From assembly GCF_004010195.1 (NCBI RefSeq), contig NC_057720.1, positions 36,515,669 through 36,554,926 on the forward strand: a stretch of DNA of 39,258 bases, given 5' to 3'. Below, piece by piece: positions 22,273 through 34,914 of the stretch. The notes under the pieces were generated by a model that saw nothing but the letters and a program-made list of their open reading frames with translations, was not told the origin of the DNA and searched no databases. The position numbers and the translations under genes are program-made. Source of the DNA: Chiloscyllium plagiosum (lineage: Eukaryota). The stretch's first letter is position 1, and each line of letters opens with the position of its first letter.

Positions 22273-24799
22273 ACTTTATTGGGAATTTTGTACAGCCACC
22301 CCAACAGCAACAGAGCCACTGAGGAGCAGATTGGGAGACAGATTTTGGAAATGTGCAGAAGTAACAGGATTGTTATTATAGGTGACTTCAACTTCCCGAA
22401 TATTGGTGGAATCTCCTTAATTCAAATAGTTCAGCTAGAGTAGTTCTTGTCAGGTGTGTCCAGGAAGTGTTCCTGACTCAATATGTAGATAGGCCGACTA
22501 GAGGGGAGGCCATATTGGACTTGATGCTTCGCAATGAACCATGCCAGGTGTTGGTGTTTTGGTGATGGTGATCACAACTCCCTGACCTTTACTATGCGCA
22601 CGGAGAGGGATAGGAGCAGATTGTATGGGAAAGGGGAGGCGAAGTTACAATGCTATTAGGCAGGATCTGGGACTGTTAAATTGGGAACAGATGTTCTCAG
22701 CGAAATGTACGACAGAAATGTGAAGGCTGTTTAGGAAGCACTCACTGATAGTACTGGACAGGTTTGTCCCACTGAGGCAAGGAAGGGATGGTAGATTGAA
22801 AGAATCTTGGCTGACCAGGGATGTGGAGCATCTAGTCAAGTGAAAGAAGCAAGTTTACTTAAAGTTGCGGAGGCAAGGATCAGACAGGGCTTTCGAGTGT
22901 TACTCGATAGCCAGGAAAGAACTGAAGATTGGACTTAGGAGAGCTAGAAGGGGCATGAGAAAGCTTTAGTGAGTAGGATTATGGAAAGCCTAAGGCATTC
23001 TACATTTGTAAGGAACAAGAGGATGGCCAGAGTGAGGGTAGGGTTGATAAGGGATAGTGGATGGAACTTGTGCCTGGAATCGGAGGAAGTAGGGGAGGCC
23101 CTTAATGAATACTTTGCTTCAATATTCACTACTGAGAAGTACCCTGACGTTGCTGAGGTCAGTGTGAAACAGACTGGTTGATGTTAGCAAGGAGGAAGTG
23201 CTGAAAAGTTTGAAATCCATAAGGATAGATGAGACCCCTAGGCCAGAAGGGATATACCTTAGCTTACTACAGGGAGCGAGGGAAGAGATTGCTTCACCTT
23301 TGGTGATCATGTGTCCTCATTGTCAACTGGAGTAGTGCCAAATGATTGGAAGGTGGCAAATGTTTTTCCCTTGTTCAAGAAAGGGAACAGGATTTAACCC
23401 TGGGAATTACAGGCCAGTCAGTTTTACATCACTGGTGGGCAAAGTATTGGAGAGGATTCTAAATGATTTATGATTACTTGTAAAATCATAGTTTGATTAG
23501 AGATAGTCAGCATAGCTTGGTGAGGGGCAGGTCATGCCTCACAAACATTATTGAGCTTTTTGAGGATGTGACAAAGCACGTTGATGAAGATAGAGCAGTG
23601 GATGTGGTGTACATGGATTTTAGCAAGGCGTTTGATAAGGTTCACCATGGTAAGGAGGCATGGGATACATTGAAATCTGGCTATCTGGATACAGAATTGG
23701 CTAGTGATGGTAGATGTAAAATATTCAACCCAGTTCGATGATCAGTGGTGTTCTGCAGGGATTGGTTCTTTATGATATTTATATATGACTTGTATGAGGA
23801 AGTGGAAGGGTGGGTTGGTAAGTTTGCCGATGACATGAAGGTTGATGGAGTTGTGGATAGTGTGGAGGGCTGTCGTAGATTGCAATGGGATATTGACGGG
23901 ATGCATAACTGGGCTCATAAGTAGCAGATGGCATTCAACCTGGAAAAGTGTGAAGGTTGGATTTGAATGCAGAATACAGGGTTCAAGGTAATATTCTTGG
24001 CAGTGTAGGGGAACAGAGGGATCTTGGGGTCCACATCCATAGATCCCTCAAAGTTGCCACCCAAATTGATAGGGTTGTGAAGAAGGCGTATGGTATGTTG
24101 GCTTTCATTAACAGAGGGATTGAGTTTAAGAACTGAGGTTATGCTGCAGCTCTATGGAGCCCTGGTTAGACCACATTTCGAATATTGTGTTCAGTTCTGG
24201 TCACTTCATTATAGGAAAGATGTGAAAGCGTTAGAGAGGGTGCAGAGTAGATTTATCAGGATGCTGCCTGGACTAGAGGGCATGTCTTATGAAGAGTGGT
24301 TGAGGGAGCTAGGGCTTTTCTCATTGGAGCGAAGAAGGATGAGTGGTGACTTGATAGAGGTGTACAAGATGTTGAGAGGCATAGATAGAGTAAATAGTTA
24401 AGAGACTTCTTTTCCATGGCAGAAATGGCTAACACAAGGGGGCATAATTTTAAGGTAATTGGAGGAAGGTTGAGGGGAGATGCCAGCAGTAGGTTCTTTA
24501 TAGAGAGTGGTGGTAGAGGCAGATATATTAGAGACATTTAAGTGACTCTTTGTTAGGCACATGGAATATAGTATAATGAAGGGTGTGTAGGTTAGTCTGA
24601 TCTTAAAGTAGGATAAAAGGCCAGCACAACATAGAGGCTGAAGGGCCTGTTCTGTCCTGTACTGTACTTTGCTATGTTCTATCACACTTCTTAGCACCAA
24701 CTCTAACTGTAATGTATTTCATTATAATGTTATGTTGGTTTTTTATTTAAAATATAATGGGGACCAAAGCCTGTTGTGTTAAGATAAATATGTTTTGGA

Positions 24800-24900
24800 G
24801 CAGTTCTGATGAAGGATCAGCAGACTTGAAATGTGAACTCTGTTTTCTTCCCTAATATCTACCAGACCTGCTAAGTTCTCCAGAAATTTGTTTTTACTGC
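24800..24900 (+). mobile_element. Decayed short repeat with hammerhead-like remnant
   Basis: AGTT-CTGATGA-AGGATCAGCAGACTT-GAAATGTG-AACT (stem I AGTT/AACT retained, stem II degraded). Confidence 0.5.
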
Positions 24901-25522
24901 AGAATGTACATAGTTACAAATAAACAAAATTCACTGGTAATATCTGCAAACAAAGAAATTAGCATTACATGCCAATGACCTCGAGCAAGTTCATCCACCT
25001 GAAACACATAACCCTGCTTTTCTCTACATAGGTACAGCCTGACCTACGATTTCAATTTTTTTTTGTGTTTAATTAGGTTTTCAGTATGTACAGAGTTTTG
25101 CTTTTGGTAATATAGAAAAGAAATTGGAAGCTTAATTGTTTTTATTCAGTATTTCTTAATGTTGGAGAACTGTGCTCAATGTTGATTACAATGATTACTA
25201 TTGAAATAAAGTTGTGCTTACTTACGTCATTTTTTTGCCAAACCTTGTGAAAACTAAAATCTTATTCCATTGCTGAGAACGTGCACTATTGCAGCTGCTG
25301 TCATTTAGACAAGGGTGAAGCCCTGTTTAGAATTTTCAGATCTTGTGGCATAACTCAGAGCAGGGAGTTCTGGGATGTCTTGGCCAATACAAACTGCTTG
25401 ATGCAATACCTTTATTATGACGGTGAATATATTTTCAAAAAGAAGTGTTCTTTTGGCTGTTTAAAAAAATATACTTTGGGATGTCTTCAGGTTGTGAAAA
25501 ATGTCATTTTTTTTCCTCATAG

Positions 25523-25623
25523 ATTCTGAGAGAATTGATGAGTAAGTATCAATTGCAACTTTTGGATTCTAACAAGTCAGTTCATGAACGAGAGTATACT
25601 GAACAAGAGCTTACACACATCAG
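25523..25623 (+). CDS. CCDC159: CCDC159-like exon G (ILRELMSKYQ...EQELTHI)
   Basis: ttttcctcatag acceptor, CAG|gtgagt donor; 101 nt, phase 0 to 2. Confidence 0.88.
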
Positions 25624-25894
25624 GTGAGTAAATATTATAACTAACATATAAAGCTCTGAAGCTTTGCTGAATGTTGCATTGTTAAACTTTGCAGATAGAT
25701 TTGATAAGTGACCAAGATCTTTATGCACATTTCTACAAAAGTATAAGTTTTGTTCTTGGCTCCTACTGTCTGTGATTCCAGCCTCTATGATACATCACTG
25801 GTTTGGAAAAAAAAATCCTCACTTGCAACTTTATAGGTGAAATACTCTGTGATCTTAAAGCTAAGTGACTACACATGATGACAGAATGGCAGAG

Positions 25895-27275
25895 TCATAG
25901 TGATGTACAGCGCAGAAACAGACCCTTTGGTCCAACTCATCCATGCCAAACAGATATTCTAACCTAGTCTAGTCCCATCGGTCAGCATTTGGCCTATATC
26001 CTTCTAAACCTTTCCTATTCACGTACCCATCCAGATGCCTTTTAAATGTTGAAATTGTACCAGCCTCCACCACTTCCTCGGGCAGCTCATTCCATACACA
26101 CACCACCTTTTGCATGAAAAAGTTGCCCCTTAGATCCCTTTTTAAATTTTTCCCCTCTCACACTATACCTATGCCCTCTCAATCTGGACTCCCTCCATTC
26201 AGAGAAAAGACCTTTTCTATATTTACCCTATCCATGCCCCTCATAAACCTCTCAGCCTCCAATGCTCCAGGGAAAACAGACCCAGCCCATTCAGCCTCTC
26301 CCTATAGCTCCAGCCTTGGCAACATCCTTGTAAATCTTTCCTGAACCCTTTCAAGTTTTACAACATCCTTCCTATATCAGGGAGACCAGAATTGCACAGT
26401 GTTCCAAAAGTGGCCTAACTACTGTCCCTTTCAGCCACAACAAGACCTCCCAATTCCTGTACTCAGTGCTCAGACCAATAAAGCAAAGCATATCAAACGC
26501 CACCTTCACTATCCTATCTACCTGCAACTCTATTTTCAAGGAACTATGAATCTGCACTCCAAGGTCTCTTGTTCAACAAAACTCCCCAGGACCTTACCAT
26601 TAAGTGCACAAGTCCTGCCGTGATTTGCCTTTCCAAAATGCAGCACCTCACATTTATCTAAAAATCCACCTGCTTCTTCTCAGCCCATTGGCCCATCTGA
26701 TCAAATTCCCATTGTACTCTGACATAACCTTCTTTGCTGTCCACAACACCTCCAATTTTGGTATCATCTGCAATCTTACTAACCATACCTCCTATATTCA
26801 CATCCAAATATTTTATATAAAATACAAAAAGCGGTGCACCCAGCACTGATCTTTGTGGCACACTGCAGTTGCAGGCCTCCAGTCTGAAAAGGAACCCTCC
26901 ACTTCCTCCCTGTGTTTTCTACCTCAAGCTAATTCTATATCTAAGTAGCTAGTCCCCCCTCTATGCCATGTGATGTATTCTTGCTAACCAGTCTACTATG
27001 GAGGAACCTTGTCAAATGCCTTACTGTAGTCCATATAGATGACATCCACTGCTCTGCCCTCAAATCCTTTGTTACTTCTTCAAAGAAAATCCTCAGTTAA
27101 AGAAACCCAATTTCTCTCACACAAAGGTATGTTGACTATCCCTAAGCAATCCTTGCCTTTCCAAATACATGTAAATCCTGTCCCTCCGGATTTCCTCCAA
27201 CAACTTGCCCACCACCAATGTCAGGCTCACAGGTCTATAGTTTTCAGGCTTTTCCTTACCACCTTTATTAAATAA
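25895..27275 (-). mobile_element. CR1 (HER1-like) LINE, 5'-truncated
   Basis: Minus-strand RT motifs (PQRSVLG, IADDTKIGG); 3' end matches 20940-21046. Confidence 0.9.
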
Positions 27276-27787
27276 ATGTGGGTATTGTTAGCAAGGCATG
27301 CACTTCTTGCACATTCCTACTTGTCCTTAAGAAGGTGCTGGATTTTAGATTCCTTTTTAAATCATGTGGTGATTACATTGTGTAAGGAATTTTGGGATTT
27401 TGATCCAGCAATGAAGGAAAGATATTATGTCCAAGTAGGGTAGTATGTGATTTGGACATGATAACATTCCCATGTACAGTCTGATCTAGTTGATAAGGCG
27501 TGAAGAAGAAAGTGGTCTTGAATTGCTACAGAGTAGCCTGGAGCTAGTGCAGCCCTTGAACCATATGGCCTTCTAGGATGCAGTGTTATTCAGAGACTGG
27601 AACTTGAGCAGATTTATCATAAATTAAGATTAATATACAGTATTTTCATCGCAGTCACTTCTATCTATACAAAAGTTTCTGTAATAGCTGTAGGACAGTC
27701 ACTGAAGAGATAAATCTGAATGAAGTGTTTACTGCAGCTACATTAATACTTAATTTATTGTTAATTCTGAGGTAAAATTCTTTGTAG

Positions 27788-27867
27788 ATCCACAGTTGCA
27801 GGCTTGAAGGAACAACTGAGAAACATCAATCTAGCTGATAACCAGACAAGTACACCATCAAAGCCAG
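27788..27867 (+). CDS. CCDC159: CCDC159-like exon H (RSTVAGLKEQLRNINLADNQTSTPSKP)
   Basis: tctttgtag acceptor, CAG|gtaagt donor; 80 nt, phase 2 to 1. Resembles WSAVHVLQNSIDSLTL (recalled). Confidence 0.88.
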
Positions 27868-28344
27868 GTAAGTGCATAAATACCTACTTAACATTACAAC
27901 TATCCGCTCCCTTGATTGTAACTGTTCAAGAGAGTTCTTATTAACCCTCTCAAGTACTGTCCTCTTTCCTTTTTAAAATCCTGTCACCAACTGTGACCTG
28001 GAATACATTAACCCTTCAAATATCCTTGAGCATGTGGTCAGATTAAAATCCTCAAGCATGTGGTCATATTAAAATCCTCATTGGATAGATTTAAAATGGA
28101 CCTCAAGACCAATTATTCTATACTTCCCTCCATCACTAAAATGACATTAACCACATCCACCATCTCTATGACTAACTTGAGACTGTGTTGTAATGAAGCT
28201 CAGACTGTTAATACATGAAAAAATTCAAAACACCTGAAATAAATTATATTAGAAAAATAATTTTGAGATAATGTAAAACTTTTATTATTAAAATAATGTA
28301 AACACCAGCTTTATACTATAATTTGTCAAGACTTTCATCCAAGA

Positions 28345-29050
28345 AATTTGTAGAGTAGGAGCCCTTTTGAGTCTGCTCCTCAATGCAAAATGATTATTGC
28401 TGATTATTCAACTCGGTGCTCTGTTCTCCCTTTCTCTACATATCCTTTGATCCCTTTAGCCCTAAAAGTTATAACTAACTCCTTGAAAACATGTAATGTT
28501 TTGACATCAACTATAGCAGAGAATTCCACAGGCTCACCACTCTCTGGTTGAAAAAATGTCTCATCTTAATGCTAAATAGTTTCCTTAGACTGTGATCTTT
28601 GATTCTGTAATCCCTGGTTATAAAGAATACCCTTCTTGTATTTGCTTGTTTGGTACTGTTAAAATGTTGTACACTTCTACAAGATTTTGACAATCTTCTA
28701 AAATTGTGAATGTAGTCCGAACCAATTCAATCTCTCTTCATATGTCAGGAATCAGTCTGGTAAATCTTCATTGCACTCCCTTCATTGCCAGAATATCCTT
28801 CATTGGAGACCAAACTGCACACAGTACTCTAGATGTGGTCTCACCAAAGCCCAGGCAATTGCAGCAATACATCGCTGCCCTGTAAACTAGCCCATGGCTA
28901 CGAAGACCAACATACCATTTGTCTTCATCACTGGCTGTTGCACCTGCATGTTTATTTCAGCAACTGGTATACAAGGACATCCAGGTTGTTATACCTCGCT
29001 TTTTCCCAATCTGTTGCCATTCGATTGATTTTCCTTTCTGTTTTTGCCAA
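28345..29050 (-). mobile_element. Old CR1 3' fragment
   Basis: FFNQRVVSLWNSL; GAGTACTGTGTGCAGTTTGGTCTCC (EYCVQ-W-SP). Confidence 0.7.
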
Positions 29051-30220
29051 ATTGAAATTGACAGTTCATTCACCTTTGACTGAAATTAAGTACACCATAG
29101 TTCTCTGGAATTCATTTTGAATTCTCTTCAGTTCCAGTTATTCTCAGATGTTAAGTTTCATGGGAATCCTTAGCATTTAAAACCTAATAGTCTACATGCT
29201 CTTTATTCTGGCTTTAAGCAGACACATTGCTTCTTCCAAATCTGTCCTTGCAGCTGCTAATAGATTTGTCTTTTGCTCCCTCCCTACCTCTGCCTGTTCC
29301 TTTTGAAAATCAAGACCGAAAAAAATTCAACATAATGGGTACCCACCTTGTACAGCTTAACGCTATAGCCACAAGGCAAACAAGGGATGTTCTCAAATAG
29401 AAATGCATGTCAATTACCTTTTTTATTTCTAATGGAACCCTTTGATTCTATGAACCATGTGAATAATGTACATGTGTAATAGAGTTAAATGACTCTCTCC
29501 TGACTTGCTTCAGTTAGAAAACCCTTTGTACAAGAGCTGATTTTTATTATCTTTGATCTGTAAACCACAAGTAATTTAAGTCTTAGAAATTACTGCAGAC
29601 TTCCTGTTCAAATAAAAGCTCATATGGGTCATCCACTGTTTTATTGTTGTCACTTCTAACTGGGACCATATTAAATAAACAGAGTAACCTTGGAATTGTA
29701 ATTACTGCAAATTCAATTCCTGGTAGTTACTTTCCAAAACACTAATTTTGAAATCAGATTCGCAATACTGTGGCACATCCTCATCCTTTAACCAATCTTT
29801 AGCCTTTGACACGTTGGCTATGCCATCTCCTCTTGATAAAATGAAATGTTCAGTGATTAGAGGAAAATAATTTCACTCTGGCCTTTGGGGTGGCTCCATT
29901 AGTGAAGCTTTAAGGATCTTCCAAAACAAACATCATTTGTACACCGTGAAACATAAAGTACGGGTAAATCTTTATACAGTCATAATAAAAGGAGATAATT
30001 TAAATCTCTAAGGTGATTTTCCCTTAGAAATCCACCATTACAGTTCTGTACTTCCACGAACTAACTTACAGCAGACATGCTATATGGAGTGTTATTGTAT
30101 AAGACTATAGAAAGTTGGTTAAATGCAAGAACACAGCAAACAATTTGTTTTCTTGTTGATATTGTAGCATTATCTTTGCTTTGAGGAATAATGTGAAGCA
30201 GTATAGATATTCAAGTACTT

Positions 30221-30545
30221 GGATGGCACAGTAGCTCAGTGGTTAGCACTGCTACCTCACAGCACCAGGAATCTGGGTTGATTCCAGCCTCAGGCAACAC
30301 ATTCTCCCCATGTCAGTGTGGATTTTCTCCGGTTGCTCTGGTTTCCTCCCTCAACCCAAAGTTGTGCAGGTTAGGTGAATTGGCCATGCTAAATTTCCCA
30401 TAATGTTCAGAGATGTGTAGGTTAGGTTCATTAGTTAGGGGTAAAAATAGGGTAATAAGGTAGGGGAACAGGTCTGGGTGGGTTACTCTTGGAGGGTCGG
30501 ACGGACTTGTTGGGTCAAATGGCTATTTCACACTTAAGGATTTTC
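30221..30545 (+). mobile_element. HE1-type SINE, older and diverged
   Basis: Diverged copy of 17191-17520, ending about 65 nt before the exon I acceptor. Confidence 0.85.
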
Positions 30546-30610
30546 TGATACTCAGAAGTTGATTTTCAATTTACCAAGATATACCATTATCTTGCTATTC
30601 TTTGTTTCAG

Positions 30611-30772
30611 ATGCAAGAAAACAGTACCAAGAGAACCACCAATCCATGACCCAGTCGCTAAATGAAGATTCTGACTCCAATCTAAGTTGTACTCTTAGTT
30701 TGGTAGACATTAGCTCAGATGATGACATTTCATCATTGCAAGATCTTGATTTAGATCCTCCTCATAAAAAAG
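30611..30772 (+). CDS. CCDC159: CCDC159-like exon I (acidic/Ser-rich: DARKQYQENHQ...SSDDDISSLQDLDLDPPHKK)
   Basis: tttgtttcag acceptor, AAG|gtaaaa donor; 162 nt, phase 1 to 1; continues the open frame. Confidence 0.85.
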
Positions 30773-31555
30773 GTAAAATCTGGAAATTAGTTTGTTGGAA
30801 ATGTTGGCTGAACAATCCAGTAGCTATAATCGCAAAACAGTAAATTGAGCTTTTGATTCCAGTCACATTCCTTTCAATGAGCATCACAGAGATGGGAGCA
30901 AAGTGGAGGTGTAATCAGATGGAGGTCTTGAAGATTATCAAAAGGTTTGTTAGCGTAAGTGGAGGAAAAATATATACTTGTCGGCAAAGTCAGAAATTTG
31001 GTCTGAAAAAGAGGATGGAGGACAGGAAAAATTTCAGGCTGTAACAGCTGCACCTTTTTTGAGGTATTTTAGGGGGGAGGTGATTTCCTCTAATTCCAGG
31101 AGCAGCATTGTTTTGGAACTTTTGGGAAAAATAAAGTCAAAACAACAGCAGTTTTAAAAGGGACAACAAACAAAGGAAGCACATGGTGAGGTCAGTGTGC
31201 AGGAGAGAGAGAAAGAGAAAGAAAGAAACTGACACTGCCTTTGCTGTTTAAATTCATGTATCACTGGACATTGGAGTGCATCTGGGAAAATTAACAAACA
31301 GTGAATTTCACAACTGATCTTGGAGGAGTTGGGCGAAGTTCACAGCACAGAATCAGATAAGTTAATTGTTTTAAGTGAACTACAGAAAGTCTGCAGTAGT
31401 GAGTAGAGTGGGTTCTTTCTTGATATGTTTTTGGAGATATGTCTCTTGATTAAACTTAAAATATAAGCCATAACTATTAATTTAACCTGGGGCAGTGTTT
31501 GTAGAGGAATATGACAGTGATATTTTCTGGGTCTATAGATTTTAAAGGAGCAAAA

Positions 31556-32483
31556 ATGGCGTTTAGTAGAGTGATGTGTGCTTCTTGTCAGATGTGGAGT
31601 TTAAAGAGAGTTTAAGGGTTACTGTGGATTATATCTGCCATAAATACTGTTGGTTGCGAATCTTATCAGATCGAATGGATCGGTTAGAGTTAGAAGCAAT
31701 GAGGAATTTGCAACAGCAACAGTATGTGATGGATGGCAGTTATAGAAAAGGGGGAAAGTCTCAGATACAGTCATATAGACGGGATAACTCCAGGAAAGGT
31801 AAGAGAGGCAGGCAGGTAATGCAGGAATCTTTTGTGGCTATACCCATTTCAAACAGGTATGCTGTTTTGGAAAATGTAGGGGGTGATGGATTCTCAGGGG
31901 AGCGTAGCACGAACTGCCAAGTTTCTGGTATTGAGACTGGCTCTAATGCACCGAGGGGTATGTCGGGTTCCAAGAGATCAGTTGTGTTAGGGGATTCTCT
32001 AGTCCGAAGTACTGACAGACGTTTCTGTGGCCAGCAGTGAGAAAACAGAATGGTGTGTTGCTTCCCTGGTGCCAGGATCAAGGATGTCTCAGAGAGGGTG
32101 TAGAATTTTCTCACGGGGGAGAGGGGCCAGCAAGAGGTCATTGTCCACATTAGAACCAATGACATAGGAAGGGAAAAGGTTGAGATTCTGAAGGGAAAAT
32201 ACAAAGAGTTAGGCAGGAATTTAAAAAGAGGTCCTTGAGAGTAGTAATATCTGGATTACTCCCAGTGCTATGAGCTAGTGAGGGCAGGAATGGGAGGATA
32301 GAGCAGATGACTGCATGTTTGAGGAGCTGGTGTATGGGAGAAGGATTCACATTTTTGGATCATTGGAATCTCTTTTGGGATAGAAGTGACCTGTACAAGA
32401 AGGATGGATTGCACCTAAATTGGAAGGGGACTAATATACTGGCAGGGAAATTTGCTAGAACTGCTTGGGAGTATTTAAACTAG
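31556..32483 (+). pseudogene. CR1 ORF1 (Cys-rich N-terminus, coiled coil, SGNH/GDSL esterase), disrupted
   Basis: MAFSRVMCASCQMW..YICHKY; VVLGDSLVR; CFPGARIKDV; TNDIG; DGLHLN; several stops and frameshifts. Confidence 0.85.
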
Positions 32484-32733
32484 TAAGGTGGGGGAGGTGA
32501 GACCCAGGATATAGTGAGGAAAGAGATCAATCTGAGACTGGTACAGTTGAGAACAGAAGTGAATCAAACGGGCAGGCAGGGACAAGGTAGGACTAATAAA
32601 TTAAACTGCATTTATTTCAGTGCAAGGGGCCTAACAGGTAAGGCAGGTGAACTCAGGGCATGGTTAGGAACATGGGACTGGGATATCATAGCAATTACAG
32701 AAACATGGCTCAGGGATGGGTAGGACTGGCAGC

Positions 32734-32958
32734 TTACCCACCTCCATTGTGATACTACCACTGCTACAAAGAGCCCTCAGAGGGTGCTTACATTTTATTT
32801 TCCTCATCAACCTTTTCAGAGATATTATACACTTCTGGAGCAGATGGGACTTGAACCCAAGCCTCCTTGCCTAGAGGTAGGGACACCACCACTACACCAC
32901 AAGTGTGTCGTATAGGGTGCTTAAACTTATGTAATGAGAGCTTTTAAAGGTTGTGAAA
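32734..32958 (+). repeat. 225-bp direct duplicate of 35306-35530 inserted into the CR1 endonuclease region
   Basis: Aligned by eye: 5 substitutions, no indels. Confidence 0.93.
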
Positions 32959-33405
32959 TGGATACAAATGCTACAGGAAGGATAGAAAGGGAGGCAAGAG
33001 AGGAGGGGGAGTGGCATTTTTGATAAGGGACAGCAATACAGCTGTGCTGAGGGAGGATATTCCTAGAAATACATCCAGGGAAATTATTTGGATGGAACTG
33101 AGAAATAAGAAAGGGATGATCACCTTATTGGGCAAGTTGTTGGAGGGAATTCTAAGGGACAGGATGTACATGTATTTGCAAAGGCAAGGACTGATTAGGG
33201 ATAGTCAACATGGATTTGTGCGGGGGATAGCATGTCTCACAAACATGATTGAGTTTTTTGAAGAAGTAACAAAAAGAGGATTTATGAGGGCAGAGTGGTA
33301 GATGTGATCTATATGGACTTCAGTAAGGCGTTCAACAAGGTTCCCTATGGGAGTCTGATTAGCAAGATTAGATCTCATGGAATACACAGTGAGAACTAGC
33401 CATTT

Positions 33406-33735
33406 GGGCGGCACGGTGGCACAGTGGTTAGCACTGCTGCCTCACAGCGCCAGAGACCCGGGTTCAATTCCCGATTCAGGCAACTCACTGTGTGGAGTTT
33501 GCACATTCTCCCCGTGTCTGCGTGGGTTTCCTCCGGGTGCTCCGGTTTCCTCCCACAGTCCAAAGATGTGTAGGTCAGGTGAATTGGCCATGCTAAATTG
33601 CCCGTAGTGTTAGGTAAGGGGTAAATGTAAATGTAGGGATTGGGGTATGGATGGGTTGCGCTTTGGCGGGTCGGTGTGGACATGGTGGGCCGAAGGGCCT
33701 GTTTCCACACTGTAATGTAATCTAATCTAATCTAA
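33406..33735 (+). mobile_element. HE1-type SINE, young full-length copy nested in CR1 RT
   Basis: A box TGGCACAGTGG, B box GGTTCAATTCC, conserved core and (TCTAA)n tail. Confidence 0.93.
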
Positions 33736-34914
33736 AACTGGCTCAAAGGTAGAAGACAGAGCAGGTGGTGGAGGGTTGTTTTCAGACCGGAGGCATGTGA
33801 CTAGTGGAGTGCCACATGGATAGGTGCTGGGTCCTCGACTTTTTGTCATTTACATAAATGATTTGGATGAGAGCATAAGAGGTACAGTTAGTAAGTTTGC
33901 AGATGACACCAAAATTGGAGGTGTAGTGGACAGCAAAGAAGGTTACCCCACATTACAAAAGGATCTTGACCAGATGGGCCAATGGACTGAGAAATGGCAG
34001 ATGGAGTTGAATTCAGATAAATGCGAGGCACTGCATTTTGGAAAAGCAAATCTTAGCAGGACTTTACCATTAAAGTTTTAAGTCCTAGGGAGTGTTGCTC
34101 AACAGAGAGACCTTGGAGTGCAGGTTCATAGCTCCTTGAAAGTGGAGTCGCAGGTAGATAAGATAGTAAAGGCGGCATTTGGTATGCTTTCCTTTATTCG
34201 TTAGAATATTGAGTATAGGAGTTGGGAGATCATGTTGCGGCTGTGCAGGACATTGGTTCGGCCACTGTTGGAATATTACGTGCAATTCTGGTCTCCTTCC
34301 TCTCGGAAAGATGTTGTGAAATTTGAAAGGGTTCAGAAAAGATTTACAAGGATATTGTCAGGGTTGGAGGATTTGAGCTATGGGGAGAGGCTGAACAGGC
34401 AGGGGCTGTTTTCCCTGGAGCATCAGAAGCTGAGGGGTGACCTTATAGAGGTTTACAAAATTATGAGGGGCCTGGATAGGATAAATAGGCAAGTCTTTTC
34501 CCTGGGGCTGGGGAGTCCAGAACTAGAGGGCATAGGTTTAGGATGAGAGGGGAAAGAAATAAAAGGGACCTAAAGGGCAACGTTTTCATACAGAGGGCAG
34601 TACGTGTACAGAATAAGTTGCCAGAGGAAGTGGTGGAGGCTCGTACAATTGCAACATTTAAGAGGCTTTTGGGATGGGTATATGAATGAGGAGGGTTGGA
34701 GGGATATGGGTAGGGTGCTGGCAAGTGAGACTAGATTGGGTTGGGATATCTGGTCGGCGTGGACGGAAGGGTCTGTTTCGATGCTGTACATCTGTGACTC
34801 TAAATGTAACCAGGATTTCAAGAGAAACATCTTTATCCAGAGGGTACTGAAAAGATATTTTTAAATAGTCTGATCAAATGTGTGGCTGCAAGAGTCTGTG
34901 TATTCTTAGGTTTG

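Larger units (their letters stand above)
21965..24680 (+). mobile_element. CR1 LINE (end of ORF1 esterase plus ORF2), decayed
   Basis: ISTNDIG..RVVIS; IIGDFNFP; SCLTNIIELFEDVTK; FADD; EYCVQFWS; CR1 3' tail at about 24640-24680. Confidence 0.9.
31040..34800 (+). mobile_element. Near full-length CR1 LINE (5'UTR, ORF1, internally deleted ORF2, 3' tail) with two nested inserts
   Basis: ORF1 from ATG 31556, ORF2 LNCIYFSARGL..IAITETW, RT motifs, tail at about 34790; 5' boundary approximate. Confidence 0.9.

Noticed and set aside
28040..28080. Short tandem duplication GCATGTGGTCA.ATTAAAATCCTCA (about 28030-28080)
   Set aside because: An ordinary two-copy slippage duplication with no sign of function.
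33406..33480. tRNA gene-like sequences (also 337, 17191, 30221, 12560-12640, 35870-35948)
   Set aside because: They are SINE heads continuing into SINE bodies; no complete cloverleaf.
31040..34800. Active or domesticated CR1
   Set aside because: Multiple stops, frameshifts, a large ORF2 deletion and two nested inserts.
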